A stretch of DNA of 63,628 bases, counting the filler, from Chiloscyllium plagiosum (taxonomy: Eukaryota), in NCBI RefSeq assembly GCF_004010195.1. It is 6 parts of one record of this genome, joined end to end, with 100 filler letters (N's around TTAATTAATTAA, not from the genome) between each part and the next. Parts side by side here need not be neighbours in the genome. Positions count along the whole stretch, not along the records: positions 29,693 to 42,119 come from NC_057710.1; positions 42,220 to 53,330 come from NC_057710.1; 4 more parts are not named here. One strand, written 5' to 3'. Both the position numbers and the translations under genes were made by a program. The stretch's first letter is position 1, and each line of letters opens with the position of its first letter. The notes beneath the pieces were generated by a model. The model saw only the letters and a list, made by a program, of their open reading frames with translations. It ran no database searches and was not told the DNA's origin. Positions 35,452 to 47,772 of the stretch are shown here, piece by piece.

Positions 35452-36288
35452 GCCAATGGGCTGAGAAGTGGCAGATGGAGTTTAATTCGGATAAATGCGA
35501 GGTGCTGCATTTTGGGAAAGCAAATCTTAGCAGGACGTATATACTTATAAGGTCCTAGGGAGTGTTGCTAAACAAAGAGACCTTGGAGTGCAGGTTCATA
35601 CCTCCTTGAAGGTAGAGTCGCAGATAGATGGGATAGTGAAGAAGGCGTTTGGTATACTTTCCTTTATCGGTCAGAGTATTAAGTACAGGAGTTGGGAGGT
35701 CATGTTGCGGCTGTACAGGACATTGGTTCGGCCACTGTTGGAATATTGCGTGCAATTCTGGTCTCCTTCCTATTGAAAAGATGTTGTGAAACTTGAAAGG
35801 GTTCAGAAAAGATTTACAAGGATGTTGCCAGGATTGGAGGATTTGAGCTATAAGGCGGCGGAACAGGCTGGGGCTGTTTTCCCTGGAGCATCGGAGGCTG
35901 AGGGGTGACCTTATAGTGGTTTACAAAATTATGAGGGGCATGGAAAGGGTTGGGAAAATGTTGGGAAATCTTTTCCCTGGGGTCGGGGAGTCCAGAACTA
36001 GAGGGTAGAGGATTAGGGTGAGAGGGGAAAGATATAAAAGAGGCCTACGGGGCAACTTTTTCACAAAGAGGGTGGTACGTGTATGGAATGAGCTGCCACA
36101 GGAAGTGTTGGAGGCTGGTACAATTGCAACATTTAAGAGTCATTTGGATGGGTATATGAATAGGAAGGGTTTGGAGGGATATGGGTCGGTTGCTGGCAGG
36201 TGGGACTAGATTGGGTTGGGATATCTGGTCGGCATGGACGGGTTGGACCGAAACGTCTGTTTCCATGCTGTACATCTCTATGACTCTA
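35452..36288 (+). mobile_element. CR1 (HER1-like) 3' portion
   Basis: LVRPLLEYCVQFWSP and WNELPQE; tail CTATGACTCTATG. Confidence 0.9.
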
Positions 36289-36539
36289 TGTGGTCTCTGC
36301 ATTATGACTTACCAATGTCTCCTTAATGAATTTCAGCAGTCCTCTGACTTCATGCAGAGAAACTAATTCAAATGACTGAATTTGGTTGATTCATTTGGTG
36401 CATCTCTGAATAAAAAAAGTAGAAACAGAATTCCCTTATCCCAATCATCTGGATTGTCTTAACTATAAGCCCTCAGCATGGTCTCTAATGTCTGATGGCA
36501 CTAAGGGGAAGAGGAGGCAAGGAGCAGATGATGACTGCA

Positions 36540-39115
36540 AAGTGGTCTGAGGCGCATTTATTTTAATGTAAGAAGTATAGTAGGTAAGGCGGATGGATTA
36601 GTACCTGGGAGCATGATGTTATTGCTATTACTGAGACTTGGTTGAAGGAAGGGCTTGATTGGCAGCTAAACATCCCAGGATATCGATGCTTCAGACGGGA
36701 CAAAGTGGGAGGTAAAAGTGGTGGAGGAGTTGCATTACTGTGCTGAAGGAGGGCACTATGGAAGACTCAAGCGGTGAGGCAATATGGGCAGAGGTCAGAA
36801 GTAAGAAGGGTTCAGTAAAACAATGTTGGGGCTTACTACAGGCCTCCCAACAGCAAACTTGAGATAGAGGTGCAAATATGTAAACAGATCATGGAAAAAT
36901 GTAGGAGCAACAGGGTGCTGGTGAAAGGAGATTTTTATTTTCCCAACATTGACTGGGATTCACTTAGTATTAGAGTTCTATTTGGAACAGGATTTGTAAG
37001 GAGCATCTAGAGGGTTTTCTAGAGCAGTATGTAAATATTCCAACTCTGGAAGGGGCCATACTGGACCTGATGTTGGGGAATAAGCCCAGCCAGGTAGTTG
37101 ATGTTTCAGTAGGGGATCACTTTGGAAATAGTGATCAAAAGTCTGTAAATTTTAGAATACTCATGGACAAACACGACTGGTCAGAGTCATAGTCATAGAG
37201 ATGTACAGCACGGAAACAGACCCTTCGTAAAGGAAGAGTGCTAAACTGGGGAAAGGCCTACTATATCAAAATTTGGCAGGAGCTGGGGAATGAAGATTGG
37301 GAGCAGCTATTTGAAGGTAAATCTATATTCAAAATGTGGGAGGCTGTTAAAGAGAGGTTGATTAGAGTTCAGGAGAGATATGTTCCTGTGAAAATGAAGG
37401 ATCGAAATGGTGAGATTAGGGAACCATGGATGACAGGTGAAATTGTGAGACTAGCTAAGAGGAAAAAGGATGCTTACATAAGGTCTAGGCTACTGAAGAC
37501 AGACAAAGCTTTGGAAGAATATCAGGAATGTCAGACCAATCTGAAACAAGGAATTAAGAGGGCTAAAAGGGGTCATAAGATATCTTTAGCAAACAGGGTT
37601 AAGGATAATCCCAAAGCCTTTTATTCATATTTAAGGAGCAAGAGAGTAACTAGGGAAAGGGTTGGCCCTCTCAAGGACAAAGGAGGAAAGTTATGTGTGG
37701 AGTCAAAGAAAATGGGTGGGAGTAATGAGTACTTTGCATCGGTATTCACCGAGGAGTGGAACATGATAGATGCTGAGGTTCGGGATAGATCTTTGAGGAC
37801 TCCAGATCAAGTCGGCATAAGGAGGGAGGAAGAGTTGGGTATTCAAAAAGGCATTGAAGTAGACAAGTCCCCAGGTCCAGATTTATCCCAGGTTATTGAG
37901 GGAAGCGAGAGAGGAAATAGCTGGGGCTTTAACAGATGTATTTGCAGCATCCTTGAACACAGGTGAGGTCCCGGAGGACTGGAGAATTGCTAATGTTGTC
38001 CCCTTGTTTAAGAAGGGTAACAGATATAATTATCGACCGGTGAGCCTGATGTAAGTATTAGAGACGCTGTTGGAGAGGATGCTGAGGGATAGGATCTATT
38101 CCCATTTGGAAGAAAATGGCCTTTTTGGTAATGGACAGCGTGGTTTTGTGTGGGGAATGTCATGTCTTACAAACCTAATAGAATGCTTTGAGGACATGAC
38201 AGAGTTGATTGATGGGGGAAGGGCTATAGATGTCACATACATAGACTTTAGTAAGGCATTTGATAAGGTTCCCCATGCTGATGAAGAAGGTGAAATCGCA
38301 TGTGGTGCGGGGTGTAGTAGCTAGGTGGATAGAAAACTGTCTAGGCAACAGGAGGCAGAATAGTAGTGGAAGGGAGTTTCTCAAAATGGAGACCTGTGAC
38401 CAGTGGCATTCCACAGGGCTCCGTGCTGGGACCACTGTTGCTTGTGATATATATAAATGATTTGGAGGAAGGTATCGGTTGCTGATTAGCAAGTTTGCAG
38501 ATGACACCAAGATTGGTAGAGTAGCAGATAGTGAAGGGGACCGTCAGAATACAGCAGAATATAGATAGATTGGAGAGTTGGGTAGATGGAATTCAATCCA
38601 GGCGAATGCGAGGTGATGCATTTTGGAAGATCCAATTCAAGAGCAAATTATCCAGTAAATGGAAAAGTCATGAGGAAAACTGATGTACAGAGAGATCTGG
38701 GTGTTCAGATCCTTTGTTCCCGGAAGGTGGCAACGTGGTTCAGTAAAGTGGACAAGAAAGCATATGGCACGCTTTCCTTCATCGGACGGGGTATTGGGTA
38801 CAAGAGTTGGCAGGTTATGTGACAGTTGTATAGGACTTTGGTTCGGCCGCATTTGGAATACTGCGTACAGTTCTGGCCGCCACATTGCCAAAATACGTGT
38901 GGAAGGTTCTTCATGCAGAGGGCGGTGGGGGCCTGGAACAAGTTGCCAGCAGAGGTGGTAGAGGCAGGAATGATCACGTCATTTAAAATGTATCGAGACA
39001 GATACATGAATGGGCAGGGAGCAAAGTGATGCAGATATTTAAAAAATAAGCGACAGGTTTAGATAGAGGATCTGGATCGGCGCAGGCTTGTAGGGCCTGT
39101 AATTTTCTTTGTTCT
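36540..39115 (+). mobile_element. CR1 ORF2, near full length, degenerate with internal deletion
   Basis: endonuclease (AITETWL, GGGVAL), tether (ORF 37238-37966), RT (DFSKAFDK, FADDTK) and 3' end. Confidence 0.88.
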
Positions 39116-41240
39116 AGCACTCCCTGTGGTATGCGGTAGATTAGAATTGTTTTATTCCTGAGCTGTTCATAACTTCCTTGAATAATTTTGGTGTGAAGTT
39201 TAACCCTTGATCTGATTGTACCTCTGTAGGTAATCATTATCTCGTGAAAGAATTGAGTAATTCCTCCACAATTCTTTTAGCTGTAATATTGCACAATAGA
39301 ACAATCTCTGGAAATCTAATAGACACATCCATTATTGTTAACAAATACTGATTCCCACTTTTTGTTATAGGTAGGGGTACTACACAATCAATTAAGACTC
39401 TTGTAAAAGGTACCTCAAATGCAGGAATAGGTATTAAAAGTGTGGGTTTTATTACTACTTTTGGTTTTCCAATTCCCTGACATGTATGACATGTCTGGCA
39501 AAATTCAACTATATCCTTGTGCAATCGAGGCTAGTAAAAACATTTTTGTATTTTAACTTGAGTTTTTATGACCCCGAATGACTCCCTGCTGGTACTTCAT
39601 GTGCCACTCACAACACGTCCTTTCTATAACCCACTGACAACATGACTTAATGAACTTCTGCCCATTTCTCAACTGCCTGAATATGTGATTGTTTCCATTT
39701 TCTCATTAAGACGTCATTTTTAAGATAGTAGCACTCAAGGATACATTAGGAGTCTTTTTTAATGTGTGCTTTTTGATACAATCGCTTTAAATTGTCATCT
39801 TTCTGCTGTAACTTAGTTAATTTATCTCAGCTAAAGATGTCTGCTTCGTCTTCTATCTGCTCCAGGTTTATGTCAACCGTCTGGTCAAACACTTCAACTT
39901 CCTTATCTGTACTCTTTGATCTCTCCTGTTTTAACTGGTGACTTTGTGACCTTGTTACCACACAGTTGGGAAAAATCCCAGGATACATGTCCTGCAATAG
40001 TTCAGTTGCCTGAGTTTCCACTGGCTTTTTAACCACAGTGGGCAGCACTCCTACCTGTGAACCAGCTATATTGTTTGCAAGGATAAACTGTATTCCTGGA
40101 GCTAAGCGTTTGTTCAGCACTCCTACCACAACTTCTCCACTCTTCAATGGACACTCTAACCTCACTCTACATAATTGAGCACTTTTTGTTTCACTGTGAA
40201 TTCCCATTACTAGCAACCTTTCTGGCACTAGTCCTTCAGAGGTACACATCTCCCCATCTTTCAATATCACAAATTGAGAGGATTCTGTATCCCTTAACAT
40301 TGTAACCTCTTTACCTGCTGCTCCAGACGTATGCGAGTAACTTTTACCTTAGCAGGTATATGGTTTAAGAAGATCAGCTGCTATTTGTTTTGACCAAGTG
40401 TTATATTGTTACCTTGTTCAGAACTCTCTGTGCTTCTCTAAGTCCATGCCAGCTTCCAGTCTCTCTTAAAGTTACAGTAGACCTCTACACCTTCATAACA
40501 CCTCCCCGCTCAAGAAAAAATGAACCATCATAATGAAAAGATGGCTTCTTTTTTGTGTCTCTATATCTTAATCACAATATCATACACATGACTTTAATCT
40601 AAGTTCATATTAACTTCTTCCTAAGTAAATGTACCATTGAATAGATACCAATCTTATCTATACTTTATCAATTAAATCCGCGATAACACATCTGCGATTA
40701 CATTCTTACGACCCACAACATGTATGATATGTAAATTAAAAGTCTGGAATATAGGACTCTAACAAAATAGTCACATATTCTTACCTTTAAAGCGTTCCAG
40801 GAATGTAAGAGGATTGTGATCCATGTACACAACAGTCTCCGACACATTGTGCATGACGTACACATTAAAATGTTGTAAAGCCTGTACCAAACTCAATCGT
40901 TCCTTTTCGATCAAGGAGTATTTCCTCTGTTGGATGTTGAGTTTCTTTGAAAAGTAACCAACTGGCAGTTCAATCCCATCAACATCTTCCTGTAGCAGTA
41001 CAGCGCCAACTCCTATGTCACGAACACTGATGGCAACTTTGAAACGTTTTTGAAAAGTTTGGTGCAGCTAAAACTGATGTGGTGGTTAATATTGCTTTCA
41101 AATGGTCAAATGCCTCCTGGCATTGTTCTGTCCACCGAAAGTTTGTGTGCTTCTTCAGCAAATCGGTTAACAGTGCCCCTACACTGCTGAATTTTGGAAC
41201 AAACTTGCGAGAGAATCTGTTGAGTTCCAAGAATTGAAAC
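39116..41240 (-). mobile_element. Gypsy LTR retrotransposon, Gmr1-type, degenerate
   Basis: RT end FVPKFS..LTDLLKK; RNase H YFSKKL..DHNPL..NVIADVLSRI* (stop 40672-40674); PPT 40501-40511 then TG; protease LRDTESSQ; integrase CQTCHTCQ..IDCVVPLPITKSGNQYLLTIMD. Confidence 0.85.
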
Positions 41241-41259
41241 AAAATTTTTTGAACACAGC

Positions 41260-41898
41260 GGCAAGGAGAGAGGGCAGAGAGTAACAAGGGCTGCCGGGAA
41301 GTTTTTAAGTGGGTGAGATCTCAACCCAAGACCCTGCACCATAGGGCCTTCCTCCCATACACCACCTCTCACCTTACTAAGGTAAACTCGGTACATTGTC
41401 AGGTTTCTAATTGTTTTTCTTTTCTTCTCTTCCTTTGTTTAGTCCTGTGTGGGCTTTTAGATTATCGGGGTATGGCTGATAGGGCAGTTGCATGTTCCTC
41501 CTACAGAATGTGGCAGGTGAGAGACACTATACATGTCTCTGCCAACCACATCTGGGGGGAAGTGCACCCAACTCCAGCTCCTCGAAAACCAAGTGAGGGA
41601 ACTGGAGCTGGAGCTGGAGCCGGATGAACTGCGGATCATCCGGGAGGCTGAGGGAGAAATTGAGAGGATGTACAGGAAGGTGGTCACTCCTCAGACACAG
41701 GATAAGGACAGCTGGGTTACTGTCAGGGGGAGGAAAGGGAACCGACCAGAGCAGGGATCCCCTGTGGCCGTTCCTCACAGCAAAAGGTATACTGTTTTGG
41801 ATATTGCTGGTGGGGATGGCCTACCAGGGGGAAGCCATAGTTGTCAGGTCTCTGGCACTGAGCCTGGCACTGTGGCTCAGAAGGGAAAGGGGGAGAAT
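41260..41898 (+). mobile_element. CR1 5' UTR and ORF1 N-terminus
   Basis: MADRAVACSSYRMWQV..KCTQLQLLENQVRELE coiled coil, WVTVRGRK. Confidence 0.8.
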
Positions 41899-42119
41899 AG
41901 TTGAAACTTTATTGCTGGAACAGCACAGCAGGCAGCATCCAGGGAAGGAAACAGGAGATTCGACGTTTCGGGCACAGGCCCTTCTTCAGGAAACTGAAGA
42001 AGGGCCTGTGCCCGAAACGTCGAATCTCCTGTACCCAGGATGCTGCCTGACCTGCTGTGCTGTTCCAGCAATAAAGTTTCAACTTTGACCTCCAGCATCT
42101 GCAGACCTCACTTTCTCCT
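41899..42119. mobile_element. Neptune-type PLE hairpin with back-to-back hammerhead cores
   Basis: arms 41899-41989 / 41994-42084; cores at 41962-41989 (-) and 41994-42021 (+) separated by GAAA. Confidence 0.85.
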
Positions 42120-42219
42120 NNNNNNNNNNNNNNNNNNNNNNNNNNNNNNNNNNNNNNNNNNNNTTAATTAATTAANNNNNNNNNNNNNNNNNNNNNNNNN
42201 NNNNNNNNNNNNNNNNNNN

Positions 42220-43537
42220 CAGTAACTATCTCACACTCAATCTCTCACACTCAGTCACTATCTTGCACTCAGTCTCTCACTCACACTCAGTCACTATCTC
42301 ACACTCAGTCTTTCACTCACACTCAGTCACTATCTCACACTCAGTCTTTCACTCACACTCAGTCACTATCTCACACTCAGTCTTTCACTCACACTCAGTC
42401 ACTATCTCACACTCAGTCTTTCACTCACACTCAGTCACTATCTCACACTCAGTCTTTCACTCACACTCAGTCACTATCTCACACTCAGTCTTTCACTCAC
42501 ACTCAGTCACTATCTCACACTCAGTCTTTCACTCACACTCAGTCACTATCTCACACTCAGTCTTTCACTCACACTCAGTCACTATCTCACACTCAGTCTT
42601 TCACTCACACTCAGTCACTATCTCACACTCAGTCTTTCACTCACACTCAGTCACTATCTCACACTCAGTCTTTCACTCACACTCAGTCACTATCTCACAC
42701 TCAGTCTTTCACTCACACTCAGTCACTATCTCACACTCAGTCTTTCACTCACACTCAGTCACTATCTCACACTCAGTCTTTCACTCACACTCAGTCACTA
42801 TCTCACACTCAGTCTTTCACTCACACTCAGTCACTATCTCACACTCAGTCTTTCACTCACACTCAGTCACTATCTCACACTCAGTCTCTCACACTCAGTC
42901 ACTATCTCACACTCAGTCTCTCACTCACACTCAGTCACTAACTCAGTCTCTCACGCTCAGTCACTATCTCACACTCAGTCTCTCACACTCAGTCACTCAC
43001 ACTCAGTCAATATCTCACACTCAGTCACTATCTCACACTCAGTCTCTCACACTCAGTCACTGTCTCACAGTCAGTCTCTCACTCACACTCAGTCACTATC
43101 TCACACAGTCTCTCACACTCAGTCACTATTTCACATTCAGTCTCACTCACATTCAGTCTCTCACTCACATTCAGTCTCTCACACTCAGTCACTATCTCAC
43201 ACTCAGTCACTCATGCAGTCGCTATCTCACATTCAATCACTCAGTCTCTCACTCACTCAGTCTGTCACACACTCAGTCACTATCTCACGCAGTCACTGTC
43301 TCACACTCAGTCACTCACTGTTTCTCAGTCACTCAGTCTCTCACTCAGACTCACTCACACACTCAGTCTGTCACTCAGTCTCTCACTTACACTAACTCTG
43401 TCACTCACACTCAGTTAATATCTCACAGTCATTATCTCACACTCAGTCACTCAGTCTCTCACACACTCAGTCTCTCACTCACACTCAGTCATTATCTCAC
43501 ATTCAGTCTCTCACTCACACTCAGTCACTATCTCACA
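42220..43537. repeat. 36-bp minisatellite (dimer of 18-mers ACACTCAGTCTTTCACTC / ACACTCAGTCACTATCTC)
   Basis: about 16 perfect units at ~42283-42885, then a degenerate array. Confidence 0.97.
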
Positions 43538-43801
43538 ATCATTCTCTAGGGATAGGATTTACCCACAATGTGAAAAGAATGGCCTAATTAAGGACAGTCA
43601 GCGTGCCTTTATGCAGGACTTTTTGAGAAAGTGATGAAATGATCGATGAGGGTAGACCAATAGATGTTATCTACATAGAGCTTAGTAAGGCTTTCAACAA
43701 GGTTCCTCGCTGTAAGTTCATCCAGAAGATTAAGATACATGGGATCCACAGTGACATGATTCAGAATTCTATGTGTGGATTCAGAATTGACTTTCAGAAT
43801 T

Positions 43802-44100
43802 GGGGTTGCACGGTGGTTCAATGGTTAGCATTGTTGTCTCACAGCACCAGGGACCCGGGTCTGATTCCCGCCTCAGGCGACTGTATGGATTTTCCACATT
43901 CTCCCCGTGTCTGCGTGGGTTTCCTCCGGGTGCTCCGGTTTCCTCCCACAGTCCAAAGGTGTGCAGGTCAGGTGAATTGGCTATGCCAAATTGCCCATAG
44001 TGTTAGCATTAGTCAGAGGTAAATATAGGGTAGGGGAATGGATCTGGGTGGGTTATTCTTCAGAAGGCTGTTTTCATACTGTTGGGAATCTAATCTAATC
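43802..44100 (+). mobile_element. HE1-type V-SINE inside a CR1 RT fragment
   Basis: head, V core and (AATCT)n tail. Confidence 0.88.
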
Positions 44101-44291
44101 TTGCCTATAGAAGGTAGAGGGTAGTGGTGGAAGGGTGTTATTCAGGCTGGAGGTCAGTGACTAGTGGTGTTCCGCAGGGATCCTCTGCTGTTTGTGATAA
44201 ATATAAATGACTTAGATGAAAATGTATTTGCATGGGTTAGTACGTTTGCAGATGACACAAAGTTTGGCAGAGTTGTGGATAGTGCAGAAGA

Positions 44292-45046
44292 TTAGTATGT
44301 AAACTAGCTCACTGAGATTGAAGGTTTGTTTTCAGACATTTCGCCACCATGCTCAGAAACATAATCAGTGAGAGTCTGGTGAAGAGCTGGTGGTATGTCC
44401 TGCTTCTCTATTTATAGTTCTTGGTTTCTTAAGGTGGGTGATATCATTTCTGGTTCTTTGTTTCAAGAGAAGGTAGATAGGATCTAAATTGATGCGCTTA
44501 TTGACGGAGTTCTGGTTAGAATGCCATGCCTCGAAGAATTCTTATGTGTGTCTTTATTTTGCCTGTCCTATGATGTATGTGCTGTCCCAGTTAATGTGGT
44601 GTCCTTCTGTGTCTGTATGTATAGAAACTAGTGATAGTGGGTCGTGTCTTGTGGTGGCCAGTTGGTGTTCATGTATCCTGGTGGCAAGTTTCCTGCTAGT
44701 GCATCCGATGTAGTGGTTTTTACAGTTCTTGCGTGACGTCTTGCAAATGACGTTAGTTTTGCTGGTGGTATCTAATGGATTCTTCAGGTTCATCAGCTGC
44801 TGTTTAAGTGTGTTGGTAAGTTTGTGGGCTACCATGATGCCAAGGGGTCTGAGTAGTCTGGAAGTCATTTCTGATATGTCTTTGATGTAAGGTAATGTGG
44901 CGATAGATTTCAGTTGCGTTGTGTCTGCTTGTTTGGGTTTGTTTCTGAGGAATCGGCAGATTGTGATTATTGAGTAACCGTTTTTCTTGAAAACGTTGTA
45001 CAGATATTGTTCTTCTGCTTTTTGTTGTTCTTGGGTGCTGCAGTGT
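44292..45046 (-). mobile_element. Poseidon-type PLE 3' part (GIY-YIG and terminus)
   Basis: KTNVICK..CKNHYIGCTSRKLATRIHEH; decayed hammerhead core near 44335-44368. Confidence 0.85.
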
Positions 45047-45294
45047 GAAGGTTGTCAAAAGTTACAGCAGGATATTGATCAGTTGCAGATATGAGCAGAG
45101 AAGTGGCAGATGGAGTTTAATCCAGGTAGGTGTGAGGCATTGCACTTTGGGAGATCAAATGTGAAGGAAAACTATACAGTTAATGGCAGGACTCTGATGT
45201 GCAGAGAGATCTTGGGGTTCAAGTCCACAGCTCCCTGTAAGTGGCTATACAAATAGATAAGGTGGTAAAGAAGGTATATAGCATGCTTACCTTT

Positions 45295-45647
45295 TGTTCG
45301 TTTATTCAGTCATGGCATGAGGGTGTTGCTGGCTAGTCAGCATTTATCATCCATCCCTAATTGCCCAGAGGGCATTTAAGAGGCAACCACATTGCTGTTG
45401 GTTGAGTCACATGAAGGACAGACCAGTTAAAGATGTCCTTCCCTGAAGGACATTAGTGAACCAGTTGGGTTTTCCAACAATTGACAATGGATTCATGGTC
45501 AGCATCAGACTTTTAATTCAATTTCTTTTTATTGAACTTAAATTCCACTGTCTGCCATGACAGGAATTGAACCCAGGTCCCCAGAACAATAGCTGGATCT
45601 CTGGATTAAAAATCCAGTGATAATACCACTAGGACATCACCTCCCCC
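45295..45647 (-). mobile_element. DeuSINE-like SINE
   Basis: reverse complement of the 21120 and 31656 type. Confidence 0.65.
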
Positions 45648-45687
45648 ATTGGATGCTGGGCGGGGAATTGAGTACAAAAATCAGGAT

Positions 45688-45772
45688 GATTCGGAGATGC
45701 CGGTGTTGGACTGGGGTGTACAAAGTTAAAAATCACACAACACCAGGTTATAGTCCAACAGGTTTAATTGGA
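45688..45772. mobile_element. Short interspersed terminus of a third, probably PLE, family
   Basis: GGTGTTGGACTGGGGTGTACAAAG..TAGTCCAACAGG, related to 55008-55080 and 63226-63380. Confidence 0.45.
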
Positions 45773-46121
45773 AGATGTTATGTTGCCGCTTCATAAGACT
45801 TTGGTTAGACCACACTTAGAGTATTATGTTAAATTCTGGTTGCCACGTTACAGGAAGGATGTGGAGGATTTGGAGAGCGTGCAGAAGAGGCTTACCAGGA
45901 CACAGCCTGGATCAGAAGAAATGAGCTATCAGGAGAAGCTAGAAAAACTGGGGGTGTTTTCTCTGGAGCAGCAGAGACTGAGGGGGAGACTTGATAGAAG
46001 TCTATAAAATGAGCAGTGGCACAGATAGGTTTGATGCTTTTTCCCAGAGTTAAAACATCTAATACCAGGGGGCATGCACTGAGGTGAGAAGGGGAAAGCT
46101 CAAACGGTTTTTACACAGAGA

Positions 46122-46738
46122 GTGGTAGGAATATTGGCTTTTATTGGTAGAGGAATTGAGTTCCGGAGTCCTGAGGTCATGATGCAGTTGTATAAGACTC
46201 TGGTACGGCCGCATCTGGAATATTGTGTGCAGTTTTGGTCGCCATACTATAGGAAGGATGTGGAGGCATTGGAACGGGTGCAGAGGAGGTTTACCAGGAT
46301 GTTGCCTGGTATGGAAGGAAAATCGTATGAGGAAAGACTGAGGCACTTGGGGCTGTCTTCTCTGGAGAAAAGAAGGTTTAGGGGTGACTTGATTGAGGTG
46401 TACAAGATGATTAGGGGGTTAGATAGGGTCGACAGTATGAACCTTTTCCCGCGTATTGAGTCGGGTATTACAAGGGGGCATAGCTTTAAATTAAGGGGGG
46501 GTAGATATAGGACTGATGTTAGGGGTAGGTTCTTCACTCAGCGAGTCGTTAGTTCATGGAATGCCCTGCCAGTGACAGTGGTGGACTCTCCCTCTTTATG
46601 GGCATTTAAGAGGGCATTGGATAGGTATATGGAGGATAGTGGGTTAGTGTAGTTTAGGTGGGCTTGGATCGGCGCAACATCGAGGGCCCAAGGGCCTGTA
46701 CTGCGCTGTATTCTTCTATGTTCTATGTTCTATGTTCT
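46122..46738 (+). mobile_element. Young CR1 3' end with intact ORF2 C-terminus and (GTTCTAT)3 tail
   Basis: open ORF 46122-46652, nested in an older CR1 spanning ~45050-46940. Confidence 0.92.
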
Positions 46739-46939
46739 AATATGGAATGTGATGCCAGGGTAGTGGTGGAAGCAGATGTGATAGGAGCATATAAGGAATC
46801 TTTAGATAAGACAATGAATATACAAGGAATGGAGGGATATGGACCGAGGGCAGAGTAAAGAGATTAGTTTGGCATTATGTTCAGCACAACATCGTGGGCC
46901 AAAGGGCCTGTTGCTGTGTTGTATTGCTCTACGTTCTGT

Positions 46940-47772
46940 ACACTGATAGGTTACACAAGTGGGCAAAAATTTAGGGAAAGTTATAATGTGGAAAAATGCG
47001 AAGGTGCAAGGAAGAACAAAACAACAGAATATTATTTAAAATGAGTGAAACTGCAGAAAGTTGCAACACAAAGGGACTTGGGTACCCATGACTGAAGCAC
47101 AGAAAGCTAGCACATAGGTACAGCAGCTAATCAGGAAGTTTAATGGAATGCTGACCTTTATTTCAGGGCGATGGTAGTAAAGAGGAGGGAAGTCTTACTG
47201 CAATAGTACGAAATGCTGGTAAGACCACATCTGGAATACTGTGAGCAGTTTTGGTTCCCTCATTTAAGGAGAGATATTATTTCATTGAAGAAAGTTCAGA
47301 GCAGGTTCACTAGGATGTTCCCTGGCATAGAGGAATTACAAGCAAAGGCTAAACTGATTGGGAGTCCACCCATCAGGGTTTAAAAACATGAGAAAATAGA
47401 TGATTGTTCAGAGGCTTGACAGGGTAAATGCTTAGAAGATTATTCCCCTGACGGGAGAGAGTCTAGGGCCAGAGGGCATCATCTCAGAATAAGGGGCCAA
47501 TTTAACTCTGCCTTGAGGAGGAATTTCTTCTCCCAGAGGGTTGAGAATCTTTGGAACTCTTTGCCACAGAGAGAGCTGTAGGGAGGGCAGAATCCTTGTG
47601 TATATTTACGACTGAGACAGATAAGATTCTTGATCAGTGGGGGAATCGAGGTCACAGGGAAAAGGCAGGAAAGTGGTCCTAAGTTATGTCAGACCAGCCC
47701 TGACCCTACTGAATGACAGAACAAGTGTGAGAGGCCAAATGGCCTCCTCCCTCCTATTTCTTATAGTCTTAT
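46940..47772 (+). mobile_element. Old CR1 3' fragment
   Basis: LVRPHLEYCEQFW and NFFSQRV motifs. Confidence 0.75.

Noticed and set aside
42263..43549. 428-aa His/Ser-rich ORF
   Set aside because: Translation of a minisatellite; non-ATG start, no splice context
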